From: Minisyncoccota bacterium
Lineage (GTDB): Bacteria > Patescibacteriota > Minisyncoccia > Phycocordibacterales > UBA9973
Direction of reading: 5' to 3'
DNA: 64,000 nucleotides
Assembly: GCA_018061035.1 (NCBI GenBank)
Contig: JAGOUX010000003.1
Span: forward strand, 3,043 to 67,042
Shown here: one piece after another, positions 1 to 10,201 of the stretch
Numbering within the stretch: position 1 is the stretch's first letter
Layout of the letters: the number at the start of each line of letters is the position of its first letter
Program-made: the position numbers and the translations under genes
The notes under the pieces: model-generated
Database searches by the model: none
Told to the model about the DNA's origin: nothing
The model's input: only the letters and a program-made list of their open reading frames with translations

Positions 1-1
1 A

Positions 2-373
2 AAGAAGGAGACTGCACGCAAGGTGATGTATGCTGCTTTTGATACTATCAAAGAAAAGACAGGCAATCCAAACCCTCTAGAAGTTTTTGACCTTGCTATG
101 AAGAACGCCGGTCCTATGACTGAAGTTCGCTCAAAGCGTATCGGAGGTGCCAACTACCAGGTCCCTCGTGAAGTCCGTCCAGAACGCCGATTGGCTCTAG
201 CTATGCGCTGGATCCGAGATGCTGCTCGCTCAGGTAAGGGTAAGCCTATGCACCTAAAGCTTGCTGATGAGATCATCGCTGCTTCAAAGAATGAAGGTGT
301 TGCGATCAAGAAGAAAGACGATACTCACAAGATGGCAGAAGCAAACAAGGCATTCGCTCACTTCGCTTGGTAG
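2..373 (+). CDS. rpsG: 30S ribosomal protein S7, C-terminal part (5' end lies outside the window)
   Basis: The translation ([24 protein letters not shown]...) matches the S7 C-terminal region. The frame is open to the window edge. Position upstream of fusA fits the str operon. Confidence 0.85.
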   Translation, partial: KKETARKVMYAAFDTIKEKTGNPNPLEVFDLAMKNAGPMTEVRSKRIGGANYQVPREVRPERRLALAMRWIRDAARSGKGKPMHLKLADEIIAASKNEGVAIKKKDDTHKMAEANKAFAHFAW

Positions 374-413
374 TTCGTCTCTGCTCACTACAAGTAATCT
401 CAAATTCAACTTT

Positions 414-445
414 AAAAAGCCCCTCATCCGAGGGGTTTTTTGTTT
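414..445 (+). terminator. Rho-independent terminator after rpsG
   Basis: A-run, then stem CCCCTC/GAGGGG with loop ATCC, then T6. Confidence 0.6.
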
Positions 446-509
446 GTGTTGACGGCGATTATATGGGTAGTATACTTTGGGTATTAGTATTATTTAATAT
501 TCAAAATAT

Positions 510-791
510 ATGCCTGGAGATAAATTTTATAAAGAACCCGAACTAGGACACGCATCTATTAACCACACACCATACGATTTGGTAGAGAAGTATTATCAAG
601 ATTTTTTGAGTCTATCTGCCGAAGAACTACAAGCAAGAATAAAAGCACTTGATCTTGTAGAGCAAGTGAGCATACTGGACTACTTAAAGAGCAAGAAAAG
701 AGAGTTAAGTAGCCAAGGTGGTAATGAAAGTGAGCTAGTAAAATTGGGAGAAATAGACCACGCTTTACTTGTTGAAACAAATAGCCATTAA
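510..791 (+). CDS. Hypothetical small protein (93 aa) between rpsG and fusA
   Basis: Complete ORF with no recognisable motif and no clear Shine-Dalgarno sequence. It is flanked by terminators at 414-445 and 849-870. Confidence 0.3.
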   Translation: MPGDKFYKEPELGHASINHTPYDLVEKYYQDFLSLSAEELQARIKALDLVEQVSILDYLKSKKRELSSQGGNESELVKLGEIDHALLVETNSH

Positions 792-848
792 TTCTTTTAA
801 GTCAGAGCATTAGTTTGCAAAAAGGGGACTTCTGTTATATAGTGATTC

Positions 849-870
849 AAACGCTCTAGGCGTTTTTTTA
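849..870 (+). terminator. Rho-independent terminator upstream of fusA
   Basis: Stem AACGC/GCGTT with loop TCTAG, followed by T7. Confidence 0.5.
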
Positions 871-896
871 ATACTTAATTTAGAAAAAATAGATTT

Positions 897-3044
897 ATGG
901 AAAGAGATTACCCATTAGAAAAAGTTAGAAATTTCGGAATTATTGCGCACATTGATGCGGGAAAGACAACCACGACAGAACGCGTGCTTTTTTATACTGG
1001 AGTATCCCATAAAATCGGAGAAGTTCACGACGGAGAGACCACTACAGACTGGATGGAGCAGGAAAGAGAGCGCGGTATCACTATTACTTCTGCTGCTGTT
1101 ACATGTTTCTGGACTCCTACATACGATCTCAAGAACAAGGCATTGAAGCACCGCTTCAACATCATCGACACCCCAGGACACATCGACTTTACTGTTGAGG
1201 TGAAGCGTTCACTTCGAGTACTCGACGGAGCTGTGGTGGTATTCGACGGTGTTGCCGGAGTAGAACCTCAGTCTGAGACAAACTGGAGATATGCCGACGA
1301 AGCTAAAGTTCCTCGAATCTGTTTCATCAACAAGCTAGACCGAACAGGTGCATCATTCGAACACTCATACGCAACTATCCTAGACCGATTGTCTAAGAAG
1401 GCAGTTCGCGTACAGATCCCGATCGGACTTGAAGAAAATTTCGAGGGAGTTGTAGACTTGCTGAAAATGAAGGCGTACTACTTCGAAGGTGACATGGGTA
1501 ACCAGGTTATCGAAAAGGAAATCCCTGAGAACATGAAAGCTGATGCCGAGAAGTATCACGCAGAACTTGTTGAGAAAATCGTTGAAGTTGATGACGCTAT
1601 GATGACAGAATACCTAGAAGGTATTGTTCCTAGTGTTGAAGTTTTGAAAAAGACTCTTCGAAAGGCTGTTATTAATAACGATATTTTCCCAGTATTCGCT
1701 GGTTCAGCATTGAAAAATAAAGGTGTACAGCTCGTACTCGACGCTGTTGTCGACTACCTCCCAGCTCCTACAGATATTCCACCTATCACTGGTATCGACG
1801 AAGTAACAGACGCGCCGATAGTGCGACACGCTTCTGACACTGAGCCTTTCTCTGCTCTTGCATTCAAAATCGCGACAGACCCATTCGTAGGTCAGATTAT
1901 TTTCTTCCGTGTATATTCTGGAAGACTTACAGCAGGAAGCTATGTATACAATCCTCGAACTCGAAACAAAGAAAGAATCGGACGTATCCTTCGAATGCAT
2001 GCCAACGATCGAGAAGAAGTGAAAGAAGTATTCGCTGGAGAAATCGCAGCCGCAGTTGGTTTGAAAGATACCATCACATCAGACACTATCTGTGACGAAA
2101 ATGCTCCGATCATTCTTGATCGAATCGTTTTCCCAGAGCCTGTTATCTCTCTACGTATTGAACCAAAGACAAAAGCTGACCAGGAAAAAATGGGTATGGC
2201 TCTTAACCGTCTTGCACAAGAAGATCCTACATTCAAAGTATCTACCGATCAAGAAACAGGCGAGACTATTATCGCAGGTATGGGAGAGCTTCACCTTGAA
2301 ATCATCGTCGACCGAATGAAAAGAGAATTTGCTGTGGAAGCAAATGTTGGTAAGCCTCAGGTTGCATACCGAGAAACTATTAACGGATCTTCTGACGCAG
2401 AAGGTAAATACATCAAGCAGTCTGGAGGTCGCGGTAACTACGGTCACGTGAAGATCAAGGTCAAGCCTATGGAAATGCTTACCAAGGAAGAGATCGCAGA
2501 TCTACCAAAGAACACCAAGCGTGCTCCAGGATTCGAATTCATCAACACTATCAAAGGAGGTGTTATTCCTCAGGAATATATCGCTCCTTGTGAAAAAGGA
2601 TTCAAAGAAGGTCTCGATCGAGGTATTCTTGCAGGATTCAAAATGGTTAACGTATCTGTTGAGCTATGGGACGGTAGTTACCACGAAGTGGACTCTAACG
2701 AAATGGCCTTCAAAATCGCAGCATCTATGGCCATCCAGGATGCATGTAAAAGAGCGAACCCAGTTATCCTTGAACCTATGATGAAGGTGGAAGTCGTTAC
2801 TCCTGATAAATTCATGGGAGACGTTACAGGAAACCTTTCATCAAAGCGTGGACTTATCGAAGGCATGGAAGACCGAGGTATGAACAAGGTTGTGAAAGCA
2901 ATCGTACCTCTATCTGAAATGTTCGGATACATGACTGGCCTCCGCTCTATGACCGAGGGACGTGCATCATTCACTATGGAATTCTTCCGCTACGACATCG
3001 TTCCTAACAACGTTGCTGACACTATTATCGCAGCGAGAAAATAA
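897..3044 (+). CDS. fusA: Elongation factor G
   Basis: 715 aa with G-domain motifs AHIDAGKTT and DTPGH and EF-G domains IV/V. Canonical position after S7. Confidence 0.97.
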   Translation: MERDYPLEKVRNFGIIAHIDAGKTTTTERVLFYTGVSHKIGEVHDGETTTDWMEQERERGITITSAAVTCFWTPTYDLKNKALKHRFNIIDTPGHIDFTVEVKRSLRVLDGAVVVFDGVAGVEPQSETNWRYADEAKVPRICFINKLDRTGASFEHSYATILDRLSKKAVRVQIPIGLEENFEGVVDLLKMKAYYFEGDMGNQVIEKEIPENMKADAEKYHAELVEKIVEVDDAMMTEYLEGIVPSVEVLKKTLRKAVINNDIFPVFAGSALKNKGVQLVLDAVVDYLPAPTDIPPITGIDEVTDAPIVRHASDTEPFSALAFKIATDPFVGQIIFFRVYSGRLTAGSYVYNPRTRNKERIGRILRMHANDREEVKEVFAGEIAAAVGLKDTITSDTICDENAPIILDRIVFPEPVISLRIEPKTKADQEKMGMALNRLAQEDPTFKVSTDQETGETIIAGMGELHLEIIVDRMKREFAVEANVGKPQVAYRETINGSSDAEGKYIKQSGGRGNYGHVKIKVKPMEMLTKEEIADLPKNTKRAPGFEFINTIKGGVIPQEYIAPCEKGFKEGLDRGILAGFKMVNVSVELWDGSYHEVDSNEMAFKIAASMAIQDACKRANPVILEPMMKVEVVTPDKFMGDVTGNLSSKRGLIEGMEDRGMNKVVKAIVPLSEMFGYMTGLRSMTEGRASFTMEFFRYDIVPNNVADTIIAARK

Positions 3045-3070
3045 GAATAAAACATAACAACTATGAGACA

Positions 3071-3100
3071 AAAAAGCCGCCCATGTGGGTGGTTTTTTGT
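3071..3100 (+). terminator. Rho-independent terminator after fusA
   Basis: A-run, a GC-rich imperfect hairpin (CCGCCCA...TGGGTGG), then T6. Confidence 0.55.
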
Positions 3101-3307
3101 CTTTACGGTTTGCTTAGTGGGTGTGGTAGATAGGTGGCTTTTCCTGATTTGACAATAGTTTATAATCTGCTAATATGTTTCCTAAGGGCCCTTTCGGGTC
3201 TTTTGTATTGGTAATTAAATTTATTAGTTTAATATAACGCTTGTAATTAAGCCTTAGCGACTGGTTCTCGTACGTTAAGTCTTGAATATCAGCAAAAATA
3301 AAAATAT

Positions 3308-4501
3308 ATGGCAGAAGAATTTAAAAGAGATAAACCACACGTAAACGTAGGTACTATCGGTCACGTTGACCATGGAAAGACTACTTTGACTGCAGCTATC
3401 TTGCATGTGTTAAACCTTGCAGGAAAGACAGTTCGACTTCGTGACGTTAGTCAGATCGACAACGCTCCTGAAGAAAAGGCTCGTGGTATCACCATTAACA
3501 TCTCTCACAACGAGTACGCGACAGATGCACGCCACTACGCACACATCGACGCTCCTGGTCACGCTGACTACATTAAAAACATGATCACAGGTGCCGCTCA
3601 AATGGACGGCTCTATCCTCGTGGTTGCTGCTACTGACGGTGCGATGCCACAGACACGTGAGCACGTTCTTTTGGCTAAGCAGGTTGGTGTTCCAAAAATC
3701 ATCGTTTTCCTAAACAAGTGCGACATGGTTGATGACAAAGACATGATCGATCTAGTTGAAGAGGAAATCCGTGAGCTTTTGACAAAGCAAGGTTTCGACG
3801 GCGCTGGAGCTCCAGTTATCCGTGGTTCTGCTTTGAAGGGCTTGGAAGCTAAGGATATCAATGATCCTTGGGCTGCTAAAATCCTTGAACTTACAAACGC
3901 TCTAGATACTTATATTCCTGTTCCTGAGCGAGATGTTACAAAGCCTTTCCTTATGCCTGTTGAAGATATATTCTCTATCGAAGGCCGTGGAACAGTTGTT
4001 ACTGGTAAAATCGAAAGAGGAGTAGTAAAGGTTGGTGAAGAAATCGAAATCGTCGGTATCAAGCCAAACCAAACAACTACAGTTACTGGTATCGAAATGT
4101 TCAACAAGAACCTTCAGGAAGGTATGGCTGGCGACAACGCTGGTATCCTCCTACGAGGTCTTAAGAAAGAAGATATCACTCGCGGACAGGTTCTTGCGAA
4201 GAAGGGTTCAGTTACTCCACACGATAATTTCACTTGTGAAATCTACGTTTTGAAGAAAGAGGAAGGTGGTCGCCACACTCCATTCTTCAAGGGTTACAAG
4301 CCTCAGTTCTACATCCGAACTACTGACGTTACTGGTGATGTTACTCTTGCAGAAGGCGTAGAAATGGTTATGCCAGGAGACACAGTGAAAATCACTGTTA
4401 AATTGGTTACTCCAGTCGCGCTTGAAGAGTCACAGCGTTTCGCTATCCGAGAAGGAGGCAAGACAGTTGGTGCAGGAGTTGTTACAAAGATCATCGCATA
4501 A
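3308..4501 (+). CDS. tuf: Elongation factor Tu
   Basis: 397 aa with [14 protein letters not shown] and NKCD motifs and full-length EF-Tu similarity. Confidence 0.97.
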   Translation: MAEEFKRDKPHVNVGTIGHVDHGKTTLTAAILHVLNLAGKTVRLRDVSQIDNAPEEKARGITINISHNEYATDARHYAHIDAPGHADYIKNMITGAAQMDGSILVVAATDGAMPQTREHVLLAKQVGVPKIIVFLNKCDMVDDKDMIDLVEEEIRELLTKQGFDGAGAPVIRGSALKGLEAKDINDPWAAKILELTNALDTYIPVPERDVTKPFLMPVEDIFSIEGRGTVVTGKIERGVVKVGEEIEIVGIKPNQTTTVTGIEMFNKNLQEGMAGDNAGILLRGLKKEDITRGQVLAKKGSVTPHDNFTCEIYVLKKEEGGRHTPFFKGYKPQFYIRTTDVTGDVTLAEGVEMVMPGDTVKITVKLVTPVALEESQRFAIREGGKTVGAGVVTKIIA

Positions 4502-4530
4502 TATTTAGTACCGATTAATACTTTTAGTTC

Positions 4531-4917
4531 ATGACAACAGCAAATACAAAAATCAAAGAGCCAAAAGTAGCTAAAATACCAAAGGCAAAGAAAGAGAAGA
4601 AAGCCGACGGTAGAGTTGTGCTACGCATCAGAGTCCTTGCTTACGAGAGCAAGATATTGGATGCGTCAGTAAAACAAATCATGGATACTGCAGTCAGATA
4701 CGATGCTGTTATCGTAGGACCAGTTCCATTACCAACAGAGATCAAAAAGTACACCGTAAATCGATCTGCGTTCATCTACAAGAACACACGAGAACAGTTC
4801 GAAATACGAGTACACAAGAGACTGATCGATATCATCAATCCAAACGCAAAGACAGTCGAAGCACTTACAAATCTATCACTTCCTTCTGGAGTTGATATCG
4901 ATGTAAAGATGCTCTAA
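4531..4917 (+). CDS. rpsJ: 30S ribosomal protein S10 with a Lys-rich N-terminal extension
   Basis: The core RIRVLAYESKILD...FEIRVHKRLIDI matches S10. It is the first gene of the S10 operon. Confidence 0.93.
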   Translation: MTTANTKIKEPKVAKIPKAKKEKKADGRVVLRIRVLAYESKILDASVKQIMDTAVRYDAVIVGPVPLPTEIKKYTVNRSAFIYKNTREQFEIRVHKRLIDIINPNAKTVEALTNLSLPSGVDIDVKML

Positions 4918-4935
4918 ATAATAATATTTAACGTT

Positions 4936-5550
4936 ATGAAATTCATTCTTGGAACAAAAGAAAATATGACTGAGTACTTTTCTGAAAATGGAGAAGTATT
5001 TCCTGTGACCATCATTTCTGCGACTCCTTCTACAGTCACACGAGTATTTGAGAAGTCTAAGGATGGATACAACTCTGTGCAGGTAGGTTTCGGCACTCAG
5101 AAGAAAGAGCGAGTTACCAAAGGCCGGGCAGGAGCCATGAAGGGCGCATTCTACAAAACTCTTAAAGAGTTTCGATTGAAGCCATCAGATACTAGCGACC
5201 TAAAAGAAGGAGATGTAATCGATGTAAGTATTTTCGCTCCAGGAGACACTATTGTTGTTTCAAGTATTTCAAAAGGTAAGGGTTTCCAAGGTGTTGTAAA
5301 GCGCCATGGATTCGCTGGAGGTCCTCGAACACACGGTCAGAAACATTCTGAGCGTGAACCTGGATCTATCGGTGGAGGTCTACGCACACACGTACCAAAA
5401 GGCATGAGAATGGCTGGACGTATGGGTAGTGATCGAATAACCCAGAAGAATTTGAAAGTAGTTTTTGTCGACAAAGAGGCAAACTTGATGCTCATCAAAG
5501 GAGCAGTAGCTGGCCGAAAAGGAACATTGGTAGAAATCGTCAACAGATAA
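4936..5550 (+). CDS. rplC: 50S ribosomal protein L3
   Basis: 204 aa, L3-like (FAGGPRTHGQKHSEREPGSIG), in S10 operon order. Confidence 0.93.
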   Translation: MKFILGTKENMTEYFSENGEVFPVTIISATPSTVTRVFEKSKDGYNSVQVGFGTQKKERVTKGRAGAMKGAFYKTLKEFRLKPSDTSDLKEGDVIDVSIFAPGDTIVVSSISKGKGFQGVVKRHGFAGGPRTHGQKHSEREPGSIGGGLRTHVPKGMRMAGRMGSDRITQKNLKVVFVDKEANLMLIKGAVAGRKGTLVEIVNR

Positions 5551-5554
5551 TAAT

Positions 5555-6208
5555 ATGGAAGCAAAAATATACAATTTAAAAGGAACTGATGCTGGAACAA
5601 TTTCTCTCCCTGAGAAAGTGTTCGCTGCAAAATGGCGAGCTGACTTGGTGCACCAAGTAGTAGAAGGCATGCGCTCTAACAAGCGTTCAGGAACTGCAGA
5701 CACCAAAGACCGAGGAGAAGTTCGTGGTGGAGGTAAGAAGCCATGGAAACAAAAGGGAACCGGCCGTGCACGTCATGGATCATCCCGATCTCCAATCTGG
5801 GTAGGTGGAGGTGTGACTCATGGTCCACTCGCCGAAAAGAACTACAAGCGTAAGATTTCAAAGTCTATGCGCGCGCAGGCCCTTTTCTCTGTGCTTTCAA
5901 AGAAGCTTAAGGATGGAGAAATCATGTTTGTTGATTCTCTTGCTATGACAGATATCAAGACCAAAAAGGCAGAAGAAGCTATGGGCAAGCTTGCAAAGGC
6001 TGGAAACATGAAGATAGTTGGCAAGAAAGCTCGAGTGCTTACTGCGCTTTTTGATCGAAACGAGAAATCAGAAAAGAGCTTCCGAAACCTAGCTTCAAAC
6101 GAGGTTGTCTTCTTGAAAAATTTGAATCCACTAGATGTTCTTAATCACAAATACCTTGTGATCGAAAATCCAAGTGAGGCAGTAAAATTCCTTGAGTCAC
6201 GAGCGTAA
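5555..6208 (+). CDS. rplD: 50S ribosomal protein L4
   Basis: 217 aa, L4-like (KPWKQKGTGRARHGS), in operon order. Confidence 0.92.
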   Translation: MEAKIYNLKGTDAGTISLPEKVFAAKWRADLVHQVVEGMRSNKRSGTADTKDRGEVRGGGKKPWKQKGTGRARHGSSRSPIWVGGGVTHGPLAEKNYKRKISKSMRAQALFSVLSKKLKDGEIMFVDSLAMTDIKTKKAEEAMGKLAKAGNMKIVGKKARVLTALFDRNEKSEKSFRNLASNEVVFLKNLNPLDVLNHKYLVIENPSEAVKFLESRA

Positions 6209-6494
6209 TTATATTTTTATGAACACAAATAAACTTATCAAAAATCCAAGAGTAACCGAGAAAGCTTCATTCGCTTCCGAGCAGAATGTATACACTTTTG
6301 ATATTGCATCAGGTGCGAACAAGACTGAGATCAAGAAGGCAATATTTACTCTTTATAAAGTAAAGCCAGCCAAGGTCAATGTGGTCACTCTACCAAGAAA
6401 GCAAGTAATGAGCCGAGGAAAGAAGGGTGCTCGCGGAGGTGGTAGGAAGGCAATGGTCTACCTAAAGAAAGGAGACAAGATCGAATTTATATAG
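6192..6494 (+). CDS. rplW: 50S ribosomal protein L23
   Basis: 100 aa, L23-like, in operon order. Confidence 0.88.
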   Translation: MSHERNYIFMNTNKLIKNPRVTEKASFASEQNVYTFDIASGANKTEIKKAIFTLYKVKPAKVNVVTLPRKQVMSRGKKGARGGGRKAMVYLKKGDKIEFI

Positions 6495-6519
6495 TTAGAA
6501 AGTTTAAATTTACAAAGCA

Positions 6520-7359
6520 ATGAAATCATACAAACCTACAAGTAAATCCCGAAGACAAATGACCAACGTTTCATACCGAGGCGTTTTGACTACTTCGAAT
6601 CCAACCAAGTCATTGACTTCTGGTTTCCGACGATCAGTAGGTAGAAATAGTGCTGGACGAATCACTATGCGCCACAAAGGAGGTGGACACAAGAGACTTT
6701 TCCGTGATGTTGATTTCTTGTACGACAAGAAAGATATTCCTGCGAAGATCACTTCTGTAGAATACGACCCAAACCGTTCTGCTTTCATTGGTCTTGCAAT
6801 ATACAAGGACGGAGAAAAGCGATATGTAGTTCTTCCTAAGTCAGTACGACCAGGAGAAACATTCCTAGTATCTGAAAAAGCTGAGCTAAAAGCAGGAAAC
6901 AGACTTCCACTTCGCAATATTCCTGTAGGAACATTTGTATACAACGTTGAAATCAAACCTCGTGGTGGCGCCAAGATCGGACGATCTGCTGGAATTTTTG
7001 CTCAGGTTGTCGCAAATGCAGATGGTTATACCAACATAAAAATGCCATCTACTGAAGTCCGAAAGATCAACGAAGAATGCTGGGCATGCGTAGGTACAGT
7101 TTCAAACGAAGAGCATCATCTTGAGAACTACGGTAAGGCAGGACGAAGCCGATGGAAAGGTATTCGTCCTACAGTTCGAGGTACAGCTATGAACCCTGTA
7201 GACCACCCATACGGAGGAGGTGAAGGACGACAAGGCCGAGGTACTAAGCGACCAAAGACAATGTGGGGTAAGGTAACCGGAGGTCGCAAGACTCGAGGTC
7301 CTAAAAAATACTCAAATGTCTTCATCGTCTCACGAAGAAAGACTGGAAAGAATAAATAA
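6520..7359 (+). CDS. rplB: 50S ribosomal protein L2
   Basis: 279 aa with L2 motifs (GRNSAGRITMRHKGGGHKR; GTAMNPVDHPYGGGEG). Confidence 0.96.
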   Translation: MKSYKPTSKSRRQMTNVSYRGVLTTSNPTKSLTSGFRRSVGRNSAGRITMRHKGGGHKRLFRDVDFLYDKKDIPAKITSVEYDPNRSAFIGLAIYKDGEKRYVVLPKSVRPGETFLVSEKAELKAGNRLPLRNIPVGTFVYNVEIKPRGGAKIGRSAGIFAQVVANADGYTNIKMPSTEVRKINEECWACVGTVSNEEHHLENYGKAGRSRWKGIRPTVRGTAMNPVDHPYGGGEGRQGRGTKRPKTMWGKVTGGRKTRGPKKYSNVFIVSRRKTGKNK

Positions 7360-7372
7360 TTAATCAATTTCA

Positions 7373-7398
7373 AAAAATCCCCACTGGGGATTTTTTGT
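7373..7398. terminator. Terminator hairpin after rplB, possibly bidirectional
   Basis: A6, then stem ATCCCC/GGGGAT with loop ACT, then T5. Confidence 0.6.
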
Positions 7399-7399
7399 T

Positions 7400-7742
7400 G
7401 CATTCCTTTTTTCATGGTATACAATTTCAGAGTACTTTCATCGTCCTTTCTGAGGGGGAATACAATGGCCAGCATGACGTTGATTACTGGTGGTTTGTTT
7501 GAGGATCGAAAGGCTTCCCGAGTCGTTTCGTTGAAATTCGTGACCATGGTCCCGGAATTGAACGAAACGAAGCGAGTCTTCCGCTCCGAGCTGCCCGTCG
7601 GCGGACAGGGTAGCCTTGACATCTTCGAAGGCGGTCATCCGTTCGATTACCTTCGGGTCGTCTCCATGCGTCGGCAATAGCCCACGCTAAATCGTTTTTT
7701 TTGTTTGAAGGGTCGCAAAATATTGCGACCCTTGTTTGTGCC
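7400..7742 (+). other. GC-rich, hairpin-rich ~300 bp element interrupting the S10 operon between rplB and rpsS; candidate structured ncRNA or foreign small ORF
   Basis: Local GC is clearly above the flanking DNA. ORFs are open on both strands. There is a 17-nt imperfect hairpin (7523-7539 / 7552-7568) and further hairpins (GCCTT...AAGGC). A possible promoter TTGCAT-15-TATACAAT lies at 7397-7425. A strong Shine-Dalgarno GAGGGGG sits 6 nt before the ATG at 7464 (72-aa ORF). A terminator-like hairpin GGGTCGCAA/TTGCGACCC lies at 7711-7732. Confidence 0.35.
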
Positions 7743-7751
7743 CACACATAT

Positions 7752-7779
7752 TTGACATTTACCTTAAATTTGCTATTAT
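7752..7779 (+). promoter_or_regulatory. Sigma70-like promoter restarting transcription for rpsS-rplV-rpsC...
   Basis: TTGACA (7752-7757), 16-nt spacer, TATTAT (7774-7779), located about 40 nt upstream of rpsS. Confidence 0.5.
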
Positions 7780-7818
7780 CAACCCAAGCTCGTTAGGAGC
7801 TTTTTGTTTACGTATTTT

Positions 7819-8166
7819 ATGACAAGATCAATTAAAAAAGGCTTAAATATCGACGAACGCCTCCTCAAGAAGATTGAAGGCAAGAATCCATTGAATACAC
7901 CTATGGTGAAGACATGGAAGCGCGCATGCATGATATCTCCAGAAATGCTTGGATTCACTTTCGGCGTATATAACGGTAAGACTCATGTGGAAGTTCTTGT
8001 TACCGAAGATATGGTAGGACACAGACTCGGAGAATTTTCACCAACAAAGAAATTCATGAAGCATGGAGGTAAGATGCAGAAGGAATTAGAGCAGAAGAAG
8101 AAAGAAGCTGAGATCACTGCAGCCAAGGGTGCTACCGCAGCCGCAGCTGATGCCAAGAAGAAATAA
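7819..8166 (+). CDS. rpsS: 30S ribosomal protein S19 with an Ala/Lys-rich C-terminal extension
   Basis: MTRSIKKG...GKTHVEVLVTEDMVGHRLGEF is S19-like. I chose the ATG at 7819; the ORF track begins at a TTG at 7804. Confidence 0.9.
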   Translation: MTRSIKKGLNIDERLLKKIEGKNPLNTPMVKTWKRACMISPEMLGFTFGVYNGKTHVEVLVTEDMVGHRLGEFSPTKKFMKHGGKMQKELEQKKKEAEITAAKGATAAAADAKKK

Positions 8167-8181
8167 TTTTAAAATAAAAAG

Positions 8182-8577
8182 ATGAAAGCATTTTTAAAAA
8201 ACTACAGACAGTCTCCACGTAAAGTTCGCCTTGTTGCGGGTCTTGTTCGTGGTAAAAATGTTGCATCTGCAATTGCTGAATTAGATTTCTTGGCAAAAAG
8301 AGCAGGACTACCTATCAAGAAACTTCTTCTTTCTGCGGTAGCCAATGCAAAGAATATGGGAGTTGAAGTAGATAATTTATATATCAAAGAGCTCCGAGTA
8401 GATAAGGGAATAGTTATGAAGCGTATGATGCCAGCAGCCATGGGTTCTGGACATAAGATCAACAAAAGAACCAGTCATATCACTTTGGCTTTGGCTGAGA
8501 AAATAACACCAGCAAAGAAGGGAGCGAAAATAAAGAAAGAGAAAACAACCAAGACAAAAATAGTTAAGAATAAATAA
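8182..8577 (+). CDS. rplV: 50S ribosomal protein L22 with a Lys-rich C-terminal extension
   Basis: L22-like core (RKVRLVAGLVRGKNVASAIAELDF), in operon order. Confidence 0.9.
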   Translation: MKAFLKNYRQSPRKVRLVAGLVRGKNVASAIAELDFLAKRAGLPIKKLLLSAVANAKNMGVEVDNLYIKELRVDKGIVMKRMMPAAMGSGHKINKRTSHITLALAEKITPAKKGAKIKKEKTTKTKIVKNK

Positions 8578-8582
8578 TATAT

Positions 8583-9284
8583 ATGTCAAAAATAGTTCAC
8601 CCATATGCACATAGATTAGTAATGCTCCGAGACTGGAAGTCTCGTTGGTTTGCTGATCCTAAGAAATACCTTGTATATCTAAAGGGTGATGTTTTAATTC
8701 GTGAATGGCTCGAAAAGAAACTTCGAGGAATGTACATTTCAACTATTGAAATTGAACGAAGCCGAAAAGCCACTCGTTTTATTATCAAGACTTCACGTCC
8801 AGGCCTTATTATCGGTAGAAACGGTGAGGGTGCTACTAAACTTAAAGAAGATATTCTAAAGCGAATGGACTATTTGAAGATTGCTCGTCCTGAAGATTTC
8901 AAGTTGGAAATTGTTGAAATCACAAACCCAGAAGCTGATGCTGCTATTGTGGCTTATATGGTTGCCGAAGGATTGGAGAAGCGTATGCCATATCGCCGAG
9001 TCATCAAGCAGATAGTAGAGAAAGTGATGCAGGCTCCTGGAGTTCAAGGTGCACGTATTGTTTTAGGGGGACGTCTTGGTGGCGCTGAAATTGCTCGTAC
9101 GGAAGAGCTCAAGAGAGGATCTATCCCACTTCAGACTTTCCGCGCGGACATTGATTTCAAGCGTGAGCGAGCAGTAATGACCTACGGTACTATTGGTATC
9201 AAAGTTTGGATTTATCGAGGTAAGATATTTGCTGACAAGAAACCTGCAAAGAATGCAGTAGCAAAAGAAGAAACTAAGAATTAA
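8583..9284 (+). CDS. rpsC: 30S ribosomal protein S3
   Basis: 233 aa with KH and S3-C domains (GRLGGAEIARTEE). Confidence 0.94.
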   Translation: MSKIVHPYAHRLVMLRDWKSRWFADPKKYLVYLKGDVLIREWLEKKLRGMYISTIEIERSRKATRFIIKTSRPGLIIGRNGEGATKLKEDILKRMDYLKIARPEDFKLEIVEITNPEADAAIVAYMVAEGLEKRMPYRRVIKQIVEKVMQAPGVQGARIVLGGRLGGAEIARTEELKRGSIPLQTFRADIDFKRERAVMTYGTIGIKVWIYRGKIFADKKPAKNAVAKEETKN

Positions 9285-9288
9285 TTTT

Positions 9289-9717
9289 ATGTTACTACCA
9301 AAAAAAGTAAAATTTAGAAAGTGGCAGACTGCACGTACGAATCCAAAGAATCGTACTCCTGATACTCGAGGTACCAAGCTATCCTTCGGATCTTTTGGAT
9401 TGAAATCAGAATCTCAGGCTCGTGTAAAATCTACACAGATCGAAGCTGCCCGAAAGGTTATCTCTCGAACTCTCACTAAGACTGGAAAGTATTGGGTGCG
9501 AATTTTCCCTGACCGACCATTTACAGCTAAGGCTGCAGAAGTGGGCATGGGAAAGGGTAAAGGAGACCCACAAGGATATTGTTTCGATGTCCTTCCAGGA
9601 CGATTGATATTCGAAGTAGATGGAGCAGAAGAAGCTGTCGCACGAGAAGCATTACGAAAGGCCGGAACAAAGCTTCCTATTAAGACAAGAATAATTTCCA
9701 GAGTTCACAAACAATAA
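9289..9717 (+). CDS. rplP: 50S ribosomal protein L16
   Basis: 142 aa, L16-like (WVRIFPDRPFTAKAAEVGMGKGKG). Confidence 0.93.
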   Translation: MLLPKKVKFRKWQTARTNPKNRTPDTRGTKLSFGSFGLKSESQARVKSTQIEAARKVISRTLTKTGKYWVRIFPDRPFTAKAAEVGMGKGKGDPQGYCFDVLPGRLIFEVDGAEEAVAREALRKAGTKLPIKTRIISRVHKQ

Positions 9718-9721
9718 TTTT

Positions 9722-9913
9722 ATGGCAAAGAAAAACGACAACATAAAAGATATGAAAGGGGGAGAGCTTGAGAAGAAGCTCGTGTCTCTCGAAGAAGAAG
9801 TCAGAATGATCCGATTTAAAGCGGAGGGTTCAAAGTCAAAGAATGTCAAAGAGCTTGCGAACTTAAAAAAACAGATCGCAAAGATTATGACAGAAATAAA
9901 TAGTAAAAAATAA
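9722..9913 (+). CDS. rpmC: 50S ribosomal protein L29
   Basis: 63 aa coiled-coil protein, L29-like, in operon order. Confidence 0.85.
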   Translation: MAKKNDNIKDMKGGELEKKLVSLEEEVRMIRFKAEGSKSKNVKELANLKKQIAKIMTEINSKK

Positions 9914-9916
9914 TTT

Positions 9917-10180
9917 ATGGCAACAAAAACAAAAACAACTGAAGATAAGGCAGTAAACACAAAGACACTCAAGGGTGTAGTTGTTTCTGATAAGATGGAT
10001 AAGACCGTTGTTGTTTCTGTATCACGTTTCGTAAAGCATCCACTATACGGCAAGTTCTATAAAGTCAGCAAAAAGTACAAGGCCCACGATGAAGAGAACA
10101 AGTACAAGACAGGAGACAATGTAGAAATAATGGAAACCCGACCGATTTCAAAAGATAAGAAGTTTAAAGTAGTCGCATAG
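9917..10180 (+). CDS. rpsQ: 30S ribosomal protein S17
   Basis: 87 aa, S17-like ([16 protein letters not shown]). Confidence 0.9.
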   Translation: MATKTKTTEDKAVNTKTLKGVVVSDKMDKTVVVSVSRFVKHPLYGKFYKVSKKYKAHDEENKYKTGDNVEIMETRPISKDKKFKVVA

Positions 10181-10201
10181 TAGTTTTAATATAAAAATTT
10201 T

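Noticed and set aside
915-2974. Multiple antisense and alternative-frame ORFs inside fusA, tuf, nrdJ, recG and other long genes (e.g. 915-1181(-), 1704-2000(-), 40318-40668(-), 45146-45352(+))
   Set aside because: They are fully embedded in strongly supported conserved genes on the opposite strand or frame. They have no start/RBS context and show low-complexity translations.
7400-7742. Assigning the GC-rich element to RNase P RNA, SRP RNA, 6S RNA or tmRNA
   Set aside because: It lacks the P4 helix consensus (GGAAAGUCCGG / ACAGAANCCGGCUUA), the SRP domain IV motif and a tRNA-like acceptor/T-arm. I left its class unassigned.
7414-7747. Three overlapping ORFs (7414-7680 plus strand; 7438-7677 and 7484-7747 minus strand) as separate protein genes
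   Set aside because: They all overlap in one GC-rich segment, which is the pattern expected for non-coding GC-rich DNA. At most one small plus-strand ORF (7464-7680) is plausible. I reported the region as an element instead.
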